Shown here piece after piece: positions 30,030 through 39,409 of a DNA stretch of 64,000 nucleotides. The notes below the pieces were generated by a model. The model ran no database searches and was not told the DNA's origin. It saw only the letters and a list, made by a program, of their open reading frames with translations. Numbering within the stretch: the first letter of the stretch is position 1; every line of letters starts with the position of its first letter. The DNA lies in NCBI GenBank assembly GCA_963786105.1, contig CAWAXX010000017.1:64001-128000 (forward strand), written 5' to 3'. The stretch comes from Vulcanimicrobiota bacterium. GTDB lineage: Bacteria > Vulcanimicrobiota > Vulcanimicrobiia > Vulcanimicrobiales > Vulcanimicrobiaceae. Position numbers and translations under genes: made by a program.

Positions 30030-30093
30030 CTCGGCCTAGAGAAGAGCTAGCGAGCAAGCACCCGGCCCGGTTTTGGGAATATGCCGGACTACC

Positions 30094-31398
30094 ATGCAGC
30101 TCGCAGCGGTCATTTTGAGCCTTGCGCTTGCCGCGATCCCCGTCGCCTCGAGAGTAACCACCTCCGGGCCGCTTCCGCGGATCGGCGTCAGGGCGGGCAC
30201 CCCCCGCGCGGAGTTTTACAACGTCGCCACCGGTGCGCGATTTTCCCCGGGCGGCTTCAACTACACGATTCTAGATCGGGCGTCTAACCGGCGGACGGCT
30301 CCGTCGAGGCCGACGTACGCGCACGTAACGCTCGACCCGGGATTTTACGATCCCCAGGGCATCGACGGCGTGCTCGCTTCGATGCACGACAATGGCTTCA
30401 CCGTCGTTCGCGTCATTCTCGACAGCGGTGACAGCGTGCATCAAGACCGGGGCCAATACGGGATAGCCGGGCCGGCCGACAGCCAAGGTCTCTACAAGCC
30501 TTACGTCGACAACTTCGTCGATTTCTTGCGGCGTGCCCGGAGTCACAACATGCACGTTATGGTGGCGTTGCACGCTTTTCCGGAAAACCGCGGCTTCAAG
30601 AGCATCGCGGAATCCGGCCGGCTCGCGAACGTTACCGGCATCAACCAGTACTATTTTTCGCCGGGCGGCATTCGCGCAAAGGTCGCCTACGCGCGGGAGC
30701 TGGTCCACGACGTGGCTTCCATCGAAGCGGGATCGCTGCTGAGCACGGTCTTCGCGTGGGAGATTCAAGTCGAAATATTCGTAAACGACGCGTGGGAACC
30801 GTTCTCGCTTCATTCGGGAACGGTCACGACGGCCGACGGCCGAAGTTACGACATGGGCAACGCCGCATCGCGACAACAGTGCATGGATGCGAACTTAGTC
30901 AATTGGGCAAACCAGGTGTCCGCGGCAATCCGCTCGCAAGATCCGCAGGCACTGGTGACCGCTGGGTCCGCGACGTACAATGCCGTCCACAAAAGCGGAC
31001 CAAACGGCTTGATTCGGACGTCCGACAGCGATTCGCGCTATCCCCCACGCCCGCTCGTGTTCGCGCGCAGCCGGGCGCTGTCGTTTATCGACGTCCACGC
31101 TTACCCTCGAAGCTACCCGGGCTATTCGCTTGAGGGGGACCTCGACTCGAACGAGTTTCGCAACTGGGATCTGCGCGCCACGCCGGTCGTTCTGGGCGAG
31201 TTCGGCGCCAGCCAGAAGCAGTTTCCGACGATAGACTCAGCCATCGCAGCGCTCCGCCGGCAACAGCAGGAAGCGTTGCGTTTGGGAATCGCCGGAACGG
31301 TCTACTGGACGTGGAACACGCTGCCCGACAATAATAAATGGTGGAGCGCCGTCGAAGACGACGGGGCCATTTTGAAGGCCCTTCTGCGTCCGCAGTAA
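30094..31398 (+). CDS. Secreted glycoside hydrolase, clan GH-A (GH5/cellulase-like)
   Basis: GFNY, GFTVVRV, FAWEIQVE, IDVHAYP, VVLGEFG, YWTW. Confidence 0.75.
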   Translation: MQLAAVILSLALAAIPVASRVTTSGPLPRIGVRAGTPRAEFYNVATGARFSPGGFNYTILDRASNRRTAPSRPTYAHVTLDPGFYDPQGIDGVLASMHDNGFTVVRVILDSGDSVHQDRGQYGIAGPADSQGLYKPYVDNFVDFLRRARSHNMHVMVALHAFPENRGFKSIAESGRLANVTGINQYYFSPGGIRAKVAYARELVHDVASIEAGSLLSTVFAWEIQVEIFVNDAWEPFSLHSGTVTTADGRSYDMGNAASRQQCMDANLVNWANQVSAAIRSQDPQALVTAGSATYNAVHKSGPNGLIRTSDSDSRYPPRPLVFARSRALSFIDVHAYPRSYPGYSLEGDLDSNEFRNWDLRATPVVLGEFGASQKQFPTIDSAIAALRRQQQEALRLGIAGTVYWTWNTLPDNNKWWSAVEDDGAILKALLRPQ

Positions 31399-31465
31399 CC
31401 GCGCAGGACCGCCGCCGCACTGGTGGGACGAGGAGGTCCCCAACCGCCGGCCAAACGCCTACCCC

Positions 31466-32164
31466 ATGAAAACGATTGCGCCGATGTCTTTTGACCTGCA
31501 AGTCCGATCAATCATCGACGAGTGGCACTTGCTGCGCCACCCTTTTTACGTTGCCTGGTCGAAGGGCGAACTATCCCGCGCACAGCTCAAACGGTATGCC
31601 GGCCAGTACATGCATCACGTGCTGGCAGAGCCGACGTACCTTAGCGCCGTGCACTCGAACACGCCGCACTTCGATGGTGACGGCAAAAGCGACCTCGGCC
31701 CGCGGCAGACCATCCTGCAAAACCTCATCGACGAAGAGTACGGACCGAACAATCACCCGGCACTGTGGAAACGCTTCGCAAAGGCCCTCGGGCTTTCCGA
31801 GGAGGACCTCGCGGCCGCCGCGCCCCTGACGGCTACCCAACAGCTCGTGGGCACGTTTACGGGGTTGTGCCGCAATCGCCCCTACTACGCCGGCTTGGCA
31901 GCGCTCCACGCATTCGAATCACAAGTGCCGGCGATCGCGGCCGTCAAGGTCGAAGGACTGAAGCGCCATTACGGCTTCATGGATGCGGGCGATTACGAGT
32001 TCTTCACGGTGCACGAGGAAGCGGACGTCGCTCATTCAGCTGCCGAATGGCGTTTGATAGATCGAGGCGCGGATTCGCCCGCGAAGCGTGCGGAGGTTTT
32101 GGCGGCGACGAGTCAGGCGTGCGAGGCGCTCTGGAGGTTCTTAGGGGGCGTTTACGACACGTGA
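31466..32164 (+). CDS. CADD/CT610-family heme-oxygenase-like dimetal oxidase (PqqC/TenA superfamily)
   Basis: LLRHPFY..WSKGEL, YAGQY, NLIDEE...H, ESQVP, K.EGL, FFTVHEEADVAH. Confidence 0.88.
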   Translation: MKTIAPMSFDLQVRSIIDEWHLLRHPFYVAWSKGELSRAQLKRYAGQYMHHVLAEPTYLSAVHSNTPHFDGDGKSDLGPRQTILQNLIDEEYGPNNHPALWKRFAKALGLSEEDLAAAAPLTATQQLVGTFTGLCRNRPYYAGLAALHAFESQVPAIAAVKVEGLKRHYGFMDAGDYEFFTVHEEADVAHSAAEWRLIDRGADSPAKRAEVLAATSQACEALWRFLGGVYDT

Positions 32165-32447
32165 CCGCGATGACGCGAACGCGAAACCGGTAGCGGCGAC
32201 GACGTGGGTAAAGCCTCGACGGAGATTTGCTTTTCCGCCCGTTGAATCAATCCGGCGGCTACCGCGGGCCATCGATCGAATGCGTCACCCCCCTTCCGAA
32301 GGCGGCCAGCCGAGAGTCGGGTCGGAGCGAGATCTTCGCTGTAGATAATCATCAGCTCGTTGCGGCGATCGCTGAGTAGGTGCACGAAACGGGCCGACAT
32401 CATTTAACCCGGCAAAGACCACCAACCTAGCGAGACAGACCGACACG

Positions 32448-32939
32448 TTAGCGCACGGTGTTGAACGTGCTCGTCAAGGTCAGATCGAATTCTGCGTCGA
32501 CCTTACCGCCGCCCACGGCGGCGTCGTCGATATGCAGTTTGCCGGCGAGGTGGCCAGGTTCGCTCGTTGAAAGCGTAAATGCCTGTGCGTTGGTACCGCC
32601 TGAATACTGGAGACGTTCGCCGTTGAGCCTAAGCGCGTAGCCAAGATAGGTAGCGTCGCCAAAATCGACCATTGCTCCATCTTTTAACGCGCTATCCGCG
32701 CACGATAGCGTGTGGCACGCGTCGATCTCCGAGCCGATGTCGACGCTCGACAAGTACATCCGGAGTACGGTCTTGCCCTTATTCATTTCGTCGGGTCCGC
32801 GAACGAGCCATCCGTACTTGATCGAACTCGAGTGTGCGTCGAGCGACACGTTGCCCTTAGCGTAGCCGGCACCGAGCGCGCAACTCGATGCGGCTAGCAC
32901 CAACGACGAGAGCAACAACGTGGTGAGAATCGCGCGCAT
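32448..32939 (-). CDS. Hypothetical secreted protein
   Basis: Signal peptide, beta-rich mature domain. Confidence 0.6.
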   Translation of the reverse strand: MRAILTTLLLSSLVLAASSCALGAGYAKGNVSLDAHSSSIKYGWLVRGPDEMNKGKTVLRMYLSSVDIGSEIDACHTLSCADSALKDGAMVDFGDATYLGYALRLNGERLQYSGGTNAQAFTLSTSEPGHLAGKLHIDDAAVGGGKVDAEFDLTLTSTFNTVR

Positions 32940-33044
32940 AGCGTCATTTTAGCACACTCGCCGGCACCTGGGTCGATCGTTGCAGCCTGGGAGCCGGGGC
33001 GCACGCGGTCTGTGTTGAAGAAGAACCAGCGTAAGGAGATTTTG

Positions 33045-33365
33045 ATGCCGAAATATTTGATTCACGCTACGTACACCGCCGAGGGTGCAAAAGGCCTATT
33101 AAAGAGCGGCGGCACGGCACGCCGCAAGGCCGTCGAGACATTACTCGCATCGGTGAACGGAACGCTGGAAGCTATGTATTTCACCTTCGGGGACGAGGAC
33201 GCTATTCTCATCATCGATCTTCCCGATCAAGTCGCCGTTACGGCCATAGGCCTTACGGTTGCCGCCTCCGGAGCGATACGAACCCGATCTACCGTCCTGA
33301 TATCTCCCGAAGAGGTCGATCAAGCGGTAAAGAGAGTGGTCCACTTCCATCCACCTGGAGACTAG
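33045..33365 (+). CDS. GYD-domain protein
   Basis: MPKYL...YTAEG.KG...GGT.R, YFTFG..D; AAGGAG RBS. Confidence 0.85.
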   Translation: MPKYLIHATYTAEGAKGLLKSGGTARRKAVETLLASVNGTLEAMYFTFGDEDAILIIDLPDQVAVTAIGLTVAASGAIRTRSTVLISPEEVDQAVKRVVHFHPPGD

Positions 33366-33448
33366 CGCCGACGGATGGGTTGCACCGCGCTACGCGACGC
33401 ATCCGAGCGCTCCCGACCCGGACCTAGGCAACGCGTCCGGATCGAATT

Positions 33449-33479
33449 AGCCCCGCCTATTTTATGAAGCGGGGCTTTT
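33449..33479. terminator. Intrinsic terminator between convergent genes
   Basis: AGCCCCGC-loop-GCGGGGCT followed by TTT. Confidence 0.6.
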
Positions 33480-33501
33480 CGATGGTGAGGTTGCTACGGC
33501 G

Positions 33502-33996
33502 CTAGGAGGATTGGCGCTGACACGCTATTTTGAAGTTCGGAGTGGTGCCCGTCGTGGTGGCGTAGCCCGTAAATGTGTAGTGGTCGTTATCGGTGCGGAC
33601 GGCCTGACCGTGTCCGAGTTTGCCATCGCTGTTTGACAGGTCAGTCCATTGTTCGGTATTTCCAGTCCACGTAGGTGCGGACGACACACCCCAGGATCCG
33701 TAGTTATCGAGCGTCGTTTGGATATACCGGCCTTTGCCGTCGTAAGACGTTACGAAAGTCAGATAGTAAGGTGCTTTCATCCCCGATTGCACCGGAATTG
33801 ACACACTTGAATTCAACACGTCCCCGTTCATGACAGCCGTGACATTCGCGGTGCTTGGCGGCGAGCCGACGGGGCCGCCGACGCACGTCCATGTCCCGAC
33901 GTAGTAACCCATGGCACTCATACCTCCCGCCTGCTGTGCACCAGCTGGCGCAACCGCAACGAGGGCCAAGATAAAAACAGCCAGAATTTGCTTCAT
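33502..33996 (-). CDS. Hypothetical secreted protein (DUF1579/lipocalin-like)
   Basis: Signal peptide, YYVGTWTC motif, C-terminal Cys. Confidence 0.6.
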   Translation of the reverse strand: MKQILAVFILALVAVAPAGAQQAGGMSAMGYYVGTWTCVGGPVGSPPSTANVTAVMNGDVLNSSVSIPVQSGMKAPYYLTFVTSYDGKGRYIQTTLDNYGSWGVSSAPTWTGNTEQWTDLSNSDGKLGHGQAVRTDNDHYTFTGYATTTGTTPNFKIACQRQSS

Positions 33997-34159
33997 AGAT
34001 AGTCCTTTCAACGCCGTCTAGATACCGAGTGGCGTACCGGCGGCGTGCCTCTGTTCCGTTAGGCCACATTCGCGGCGGCCCTGCCAACCGGCCCGGTTTT
34101 TACCGGCAACGGCCTCTCTTCGCGGCGGCACGACGGCCTTCGGGGAAGATCGAGAGCAA

Positions 34160-34753
34160 CTATGAGAACGCGACCCACCCCGTGGCAACGTTATAGATTC
34201 CCCCAATCACCCGCACCTCTCCGTCGTTAACCTTCTCCGAGACGATCTCTGAGCCGGCGACGAGGGCCTCTACGTTGCGCGCGACGTTATGCGCGATGGC
34301 GTTTTCGAGCCAGTCGCCCGGGAAGCCCTGCGCAGCTTGTACCGACGGCACGAGAGCGTCGATGATTTCCGGAATGCGACCGCGCTGCCTCGTGCCATCG
34401 CGCACGTATGCGAGGGCCGTGCGGAGAGCGCCACAGCGAGAATGCCCAAGAACCAGGACCAGCGACGATTTCAGAACATCGATTGCAAACTCGATCGACG
34501 CGAAATTGCAGTCGTCGATAACATTTCCAGCGACTCGCACCACGAATATGTTTCCGGGAACCTGATCGAAGATGGTCTCGATGGGCACGCGCGCATCGGA
34601 ACAGCCGAGAACGACTGCAAAGGGATGTGGATCGCTCGCAAACTCCGCTACGCGGGGACCGTACGGTCCGCATTGCGGCTTCCCGGCAACAAATCGCATA
34701 TTGCCGGCCTTCAGCTGTTCGACCGCATCGGCAGACGTTAGGCGAGACATCAC
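34160..34753 (-). CDS. Beta-class carbonic anhydrase
   Basis: LKAGN.RF, GCSDARVP, RVAGN, GHSRCGA. Confidence 0.92.
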   Translation of the reverse strand: MMSRLTSADAVEQLKAGNMRFVAGKPQCGPYGPRVAEFASDPHPFAVVLGCSDARVPIETIFDQVPGNIFVVRVAGNVIDDCNFASIEFAIDVLKSSLVLVLGHSRCGALRTALAYVRDGTRQRGRIPEIIDALVPSVQAAQGFPGDWLENAIAHNVARNVEALVAGSEIVSEKVNDGEVRVIGGIYNVATGWVAFS

Positions 34754-34879
34754 GACAATCGGCTGGCTTCTCGCAAGCAGGTTTCAAATCCTCAAAATTG
34801 CCTAGGGAATTTTCGAGCAAGATCCGTACCGGTTTAAAATCACCTACTACCCGAATATTCGGAAATCGTGATCGGCGCA

Positions 34880-35342
34880 GCAGTGATTGCTTCTCGGTGG
34901 ACGCGTTTCGAGCGTTACGCCATTCTAGCGTTACGCCATTCTAGCGTTTGCCATACTCGATGCAGGCGTCGAGATCACGATCTTGGCACGATTGCTTTAC
35001 GAAATAGCAAATAGGCCGGCGAATTTAGACGCAATCGTGCTGTTTACGCTCATCTATTGGCGCCTCGATCGCGGCGGCCCCGACGGGCGCACCGGAGTTT
35101 GGCAGGGGCAGGCCCATTTCCACTTTCCTCGCGGCGATGCTGCCGAAGGCGTTTCCGGCGATTGGCAGCCTTCGTTCGTCGATTACTTATATCTAGCGTT
35201 CACGACCAGCACTGCGTTCAGCCCGAGTGAAATCTATCCGCTCACCGATCGAGCGAAGATACTGCATATCGTGCAAAGCCTGATCTCGCTGCTTACCATC
35301 GTTGCCCTCGCTACGCGAGCGATCAACATTTTGGGTCAGTAA
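34880..35342 (+). pseudogene. DUF1345-like membrane protein remnant
   Basis: YWRLDRGGP, FHFP, W.PSFVDYLYLAFTTSTAFSP; no intact 5' end; frameshifting 16-bp duplication at 34911..34942. Confidence 0.7.
34911..34942. repeat. Perfect 16-bp tandem duplication AGCGTTACGCCATTCT x2
   Basis: Direct reading. Confidence 0.9.
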
Positions 35343-35366
35343 AATGCACCTCGCGGGGGCGCTCAG

Positions 35367-35405
35367 GAATGAAAGGGCCCCGAACGAATTCAGGGCCCTT
35401 CATTC
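35367..35405. terminator. Hairpin between convergent genes
   Basis: GAATGAAAGGGCCC...GGGCCCTTCATTC. Confidence 0.6.
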
Positions 35406-35419
35406 AACCTGCTGTCGTC

Positions 35420-35959
35420 TTATTGGCCTTCGCCGCAGACGAATTTAACGCTATCGAGCGTCACACTATAATGGCCATTGCCGTCGGTGCTGGCGTCAAC
35501 CTTGACGCGGACAGAGTCGCCTGCGTCCGGCCCACTGCCGACGAAGACGGCGTGGCCAAGGCCTGCGCCGTGCAGCACTTGGCCGTTGGGTATCACGAGT
35601 CGGGCACGGCCACCGCCGCTAAAGGTATACGGGTTGCCGTTGGAGTCGGTCCCGGTAAGACCTACCCACTTCGTGCGGACGAGGATAACCGTTTTATCCT
35701 GCCCGACGATGGTGAACGCATTATACGCCACCGAGCCGCCGAACGTCATGTCTAATCCGCCCGGGCACGGATCCGATTTCGTAAAAGTTGGAACCTGAAA
35801 AGTGCCGTGGGAGAATGTGCCGCTGCGATCGGGGGATACGGGACTGGCCGGTCCCGCGGCGGGTATGCCCGCGGTCGGCGAGGTGCCGTTTCCACCGCTG
35901 CATGCCGCGAACGCGATCGCGGAGACCAGAACTGGGAAAAGTAGACGGAATTGTCGCAT
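35420..35959 (-). CDS. Hypothetical lipoprotein
   Basis: Lipobox FAAC; AAGGAG RBS; consensus promoter upstream. Confidence 0.7.
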   Translation of the reverse strand: MRQFRLLFPVLVSAIAFAACSGGNGTSPTAGIPAAGPASPVSPDRSGTFSHGTFQVPTFTKSDPCPGGLDMTFGGSVAYNAFTIVGQDKTVILVRTKWVGLTGTDSNGNPYTFSGGGRARLVIPNGQVLHGAGLGHAVFVGSGPDAGDSVRVKVDASTDGNGHYSVTLDSVKFVCGEGQ

Positions 35960-36030
35960 TTGAGCTCCTTCATAAGCTATAGAGAGCTCGGCCCACCCTC
36001 AGCGAGCCGAGGATGGTTTTTCGGCGGCGT

Positions 36031-36059
36031 ATTATACCATCCCTCCAAGCGGCTTGCAA
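36031..36059 (-). promoter_or_regulatory. Sigma70-type promoter TTGCAA-17-TGnTATAAT for 35959 gene
   Basis: Minus strand TTGCAA (36059-36054), 17-nt spacer ending TGG, TATAAT (36036-36031). Confidence 0.75.
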
Positions 36060-36094
36060 CCGCCTACAGGGCAAGCGGCTTGAAACCGCTTACC
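36047..36094. promoter_or_regulatory. Tandem LacI/CcpA(cre)-like operators
   Basis: 26-bp-period repeat containing TGCAACCGCCTACA and TGAAACCGCTTACC. Confidence 0.5.
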
Positions 36095-36266
36095 CTGCGC
36101 TAAACGGTTATCGCGTCAACAAAACAGCAACGTACCTCGAGCGGCTTGATCTCGTGAAACGTAAGGTCGCGCGCCTCGTTTGAGGCTCCGAAGGCGATGC
36201 GTTCGCCGAGCACGTTCCTCTAACCGAAGACCGAGCCGATCTGGTACTCGCATCGTCAAACAGCCT

Positions 36267-37336
36267 CTAGGGGCCGAAGCCCAATGCGTGTGGGTAGCTC
36301 ACACCGGTCGAGATCGTTCGCTTGGGCTGGAGCTTCCCCGGCGCGTATACGGTGACGGTGCTGTTGTCGGAGTTGCCGACGTACAAGCTCCCCCCAGCGT
36401 CGAAGGCCAGCGATCCCGGGAATTGCACTTTCTGCGAAATGGTCCGGAGCACGAGCTCGGAGCCGGAAGCGTATACCGTCACCGTGTTTGCGTTGTAGTT
36501 CGAAACGTAGAGATTTTCGGATCCGTCGAAGGCCAGCGCATACGGAAAGTCCACACCCTCGGAGATGGTTCTCAGCAGCGACGAGCTTCCCGGCGCGTAC
36601 ACCGTCACCGAACTGCTGCCGTCGTTTGCGACGTACAGGTTGCCGGCGTCATCGAAGGCTAATGCGCCGGGCGAGCTAATGCCCTGGGAAATCGTTAATA
36701 AGGGGGGGTAGTCGTGCCAGGAGCGTAGACCGTCACGCTGGCGTTGTCGTAGTTTGCAACGTACAAGTTGCCGGCGCTATCAAAGGCCAACGCAGCCGGC
36801 TCGCCGACGCCCTGTAAGATCGTTCTCTTTAACTTGGTTTTCCCCGGTGCGTAAACGGTGACGGTATTTGCGCTGCCATTAGCTACGTATACGCTGTTGT
36901 CTCGGCTCAATGCCACGGCGTACGGGAGGTGAACCCCCTGGGCGATCGTTCGCAATATCGACGTGGTGCCTGGGGCATACACGGTCACCGAGTTGCCACC
37001 GCCGTTTGCGACATAGAGATTCCCATGAGTGTCGAACGCGAGCTGAAATGGACCATTTATACCCCGCGAGATCGTGCGCAGTACCGACGCGCTGCCCGGC
37101 GCGTATTCGGTGACCGTAGCATTCCCATTATTCACAACGTAGAGATTAGGATCGCTAGCCGGTCGGCTCACCCTCTGATGGGCCGCGCTGTGCTCGGTCA
37201 AACCGGCTGGATTGACCTGCGCGGAACCTCCGTTGCAGCCCGCCAGAATCGCAGTTGCGATCCCAATGGCCAGTGCCATCCTGAACAACGTCGAAGAGCA
37301 CGGAATGGTGAACTCAGCCATGCTGTCCAACCTCAT
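36267..37336 (-). pseudogene. NHL-repeat lipoprotein split by a frameshift in a C7 tract at about 36702-36708
   Basis: LAFD..GNLYVAN..VTVYAPG...LRTISQG repeats continue across ORFs 36695..37336 and 36267..36608. Confidence 0.8.
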
Positions 37337-37640
37337 AACGGGCGGCCTTCCAGCCGAGGACGCGGGAACGTACGAGTCTACGCCTCTCCTGTTCGGCGCT
37401 AGCAGCGAAGCCCCTTATCGAGTGATCCGTTCATCATTGAAGATGATGTCGCCGCTGCTCGTGTTTCTCACGCTAGACCCTTAACGGGCTCGGTGTCGTT
37501 GTGCTTAAACAGAGGAAACATGCAATCACGAATACGCGCGGCGGTTGTCGACACGTTTAGCAGAATCTCGCTGCGTTGAACCGCGCGCCGCACAACTTCC
37601 TACATGTGGAGAGCAAGGCACCCGCGACGAAGGAGTATAC

Positions 37641-38367
37641 ATGCGTGAGCCAGCCGTCGCCTCGGGTTTCGGTGATGGTACCCTGATTCGCTTTGCCAAC
37701 TCCATTTGGACCGCTACAACGCCAATTCGTTTTGCAGGAACGTGGTTTCCTCACGTAATGTCGATCGTGCGCCTTGGCGACGACAGCCTTCTGATACACT
37801 CGCCCTGCCAGCCAAGTTCCGATCTGCTCCATGCCATCGCGCAAATTGGGATCGTCGCCCACGTTGTCGCGCCTAACTGGTTTCATGATCTCTACTTGGC
37901 GCACTACCGAAAACTGTATCCGAGCGCAACATTCTGGGCACCGCCATTCTTGAAGCGTCAACGGGCTTCAATTATCGACTGCGCGCTCGATGTGGCGGCT
38001 CGGCCGCCCTGGTTTGATGAAATGCCTCATACCGTGCTTTCAGGACTGTTGGCCCTCGACGAGTGTATCTTTTTCCACCGTTCGACGCGTTACGTTGATC
38101 GTAGCCGACTTCTTGATGAATGCCTCCGCACGCGCCGACCTGCCTTTAGCCATGAGGCTTGGTTATCGCGTCCTACGTCTAGACGGAAGCGTAAAAGTCT
38201 TTCCAGTACTTCGATGGTTCGGATTTACAAGCCGATCGTCGCTGCGGCGTGTGGCGCAAGACATCTTGGAATGGAAGCCAGATCGGCTCATCGTGGGGCA
38301 CGGAAGACCGATCGACCAAAACGTCGGCAGCCAGCTTGACACCGCACTTCAGTGGCTGGTCGCTTAA
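37641..38367 (+). pseudogene. DUF4336-like protein, +1 frameshift at about 38090
   Basis: LLIHSP, VAPNWFH, E.IFFH.S.R then TLIVAD...ILEW.PDRLIVGHG in the next frame. Confidence 0.75.
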
Positions 38368-38437
38368 CCCGGAATTGAGGCCCACGGAAGGCGCTTCCGG
38401 GACCCATCCGCCGAGTCCCGCGCGCTAGGAGCCCCGG

Positions 38438-39163
38438 CTACGAGTCGTTCAAGATTGCTTGCAGCAAACGTTTCGCTTCGTCCGGTACGTTGATGGTGAC
38501 GCGTCCGATCAGATGAATTGAACCCGTCGTGTACGCTTTGCCGGTCGACGTAATCAGGCTCATCGCACCGTTACCGCCCTTTGAAGAGAGATGCGAGATC
38601 GTGAGGGTTTTGACAACTCCCTCTTCGACGAGCGTGACTTTATAGTGTCCCGTTTTTAGGTTCACGAAGCCGTCCGTAAACCCGTTGTAATTGGAATTCG
38701 GGAAGTCCTGACCTTTGGTAGTCGCCTCCAGATAGGCACATCCGTTTTGTTTGTTCTTTGTCGCAAACGTGCCATAGTACAAGTAATACGAGTACGGTTT
38801 CGGCGTCGGCGTGGGCTTTGGCGTCGGCGTCGGTTTGGGTGTCGGCGTCGGTTTTGTCACGGCGTATTTCTCAAGTATCCACGCCGACTCGGCCGACTTG
38901 CCGGTGTAGGCCTTGAACGTTCCTCGACTGACCTTACCGGCGGCGTAGTAGAACAGCCACGTTCCGGCGCCCTTCTTGGGTGCACTGCAAGCCGGAATTC
39001 CCAACGAGTCCGCAGCCTGCGATGGCGACAACTGCGCCGACGACTCCGCAGAGGTACCTTGCGGCGCGGCAGGATTGTAGCCCCCGCCGACGCCGCGACA
39101 TGCGACCAGCGACGCCACGATAAAGAGCGCCGCGCTCGCACTAGGCAGATATACTTTTCTCAT
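38438..39163 (-). CDS. Hypothetical lipoprotein with internal (KPTPTP)3 linker
   Basis: Lipobox LVAC; 18-bp repeats at about 38797-38858; GGAGG RBS. Confidence 0.7.
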   Translation of the reverse strand: MRKVYLPSASAALFIVASLVACRGVGGGYNPAAPQGTSAESSAQLSPSQAADSLGIPACSAPKKGAGTWLFYYAAGKVSRGTFKAYTGKSAESAWILEKYAVTKPTPTPKPTPTPKPTPTPKPYSYYLYYGTFATKNKQNGCAYLEATTKGQDFPNSNYNGFTDGFVNLKTGHYKVTLVEEGVVKTLTISHLSSKGGNGAMSLITSTGKAYTTGSIHLIGRVTINVPDEAKRLLQAILNDS

Positions 39164-39332
39164 AGCGTCCTCCAAGCGTTAAGGGCCAAACGATCGCTTT
39201 TGTGAGTGTTTCGTAACGCGCGCCGTGTTCCTGGAGCGTTTTGCATGAGAGGGACGCGGCGGGACCGGCCGGCGTTCCAACTACTCCGCGGCCGCGAGCC
39301 GGCGAACGAATCACCTTCTATCGGGAGCGGCC

Positions 39333-39361
39333 TTGCCTTCGTGGCGGATTGGGAGCATGAT
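39333..39361 (+). promoter_or_regulatory. Putative promoter TTGCCT-17-CATGAT, copy 1
   Basis: Shares TGGCGGATTGGGAGCATGATT with 40595..40615. Confidence 0.55.
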
Positions 39362-39409
39362 TGAGCGAGGTGGGCGTCCTAACGGCGCCTCTTTAGTATT
39401 GGAGCAAAA

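Noticed and set aside
34015..34150. GC-rich leader of the 33996 gene as a riboswitch
   Set aside because: No recognisable aptamer consensus by eye; an Rfam scan would be needed
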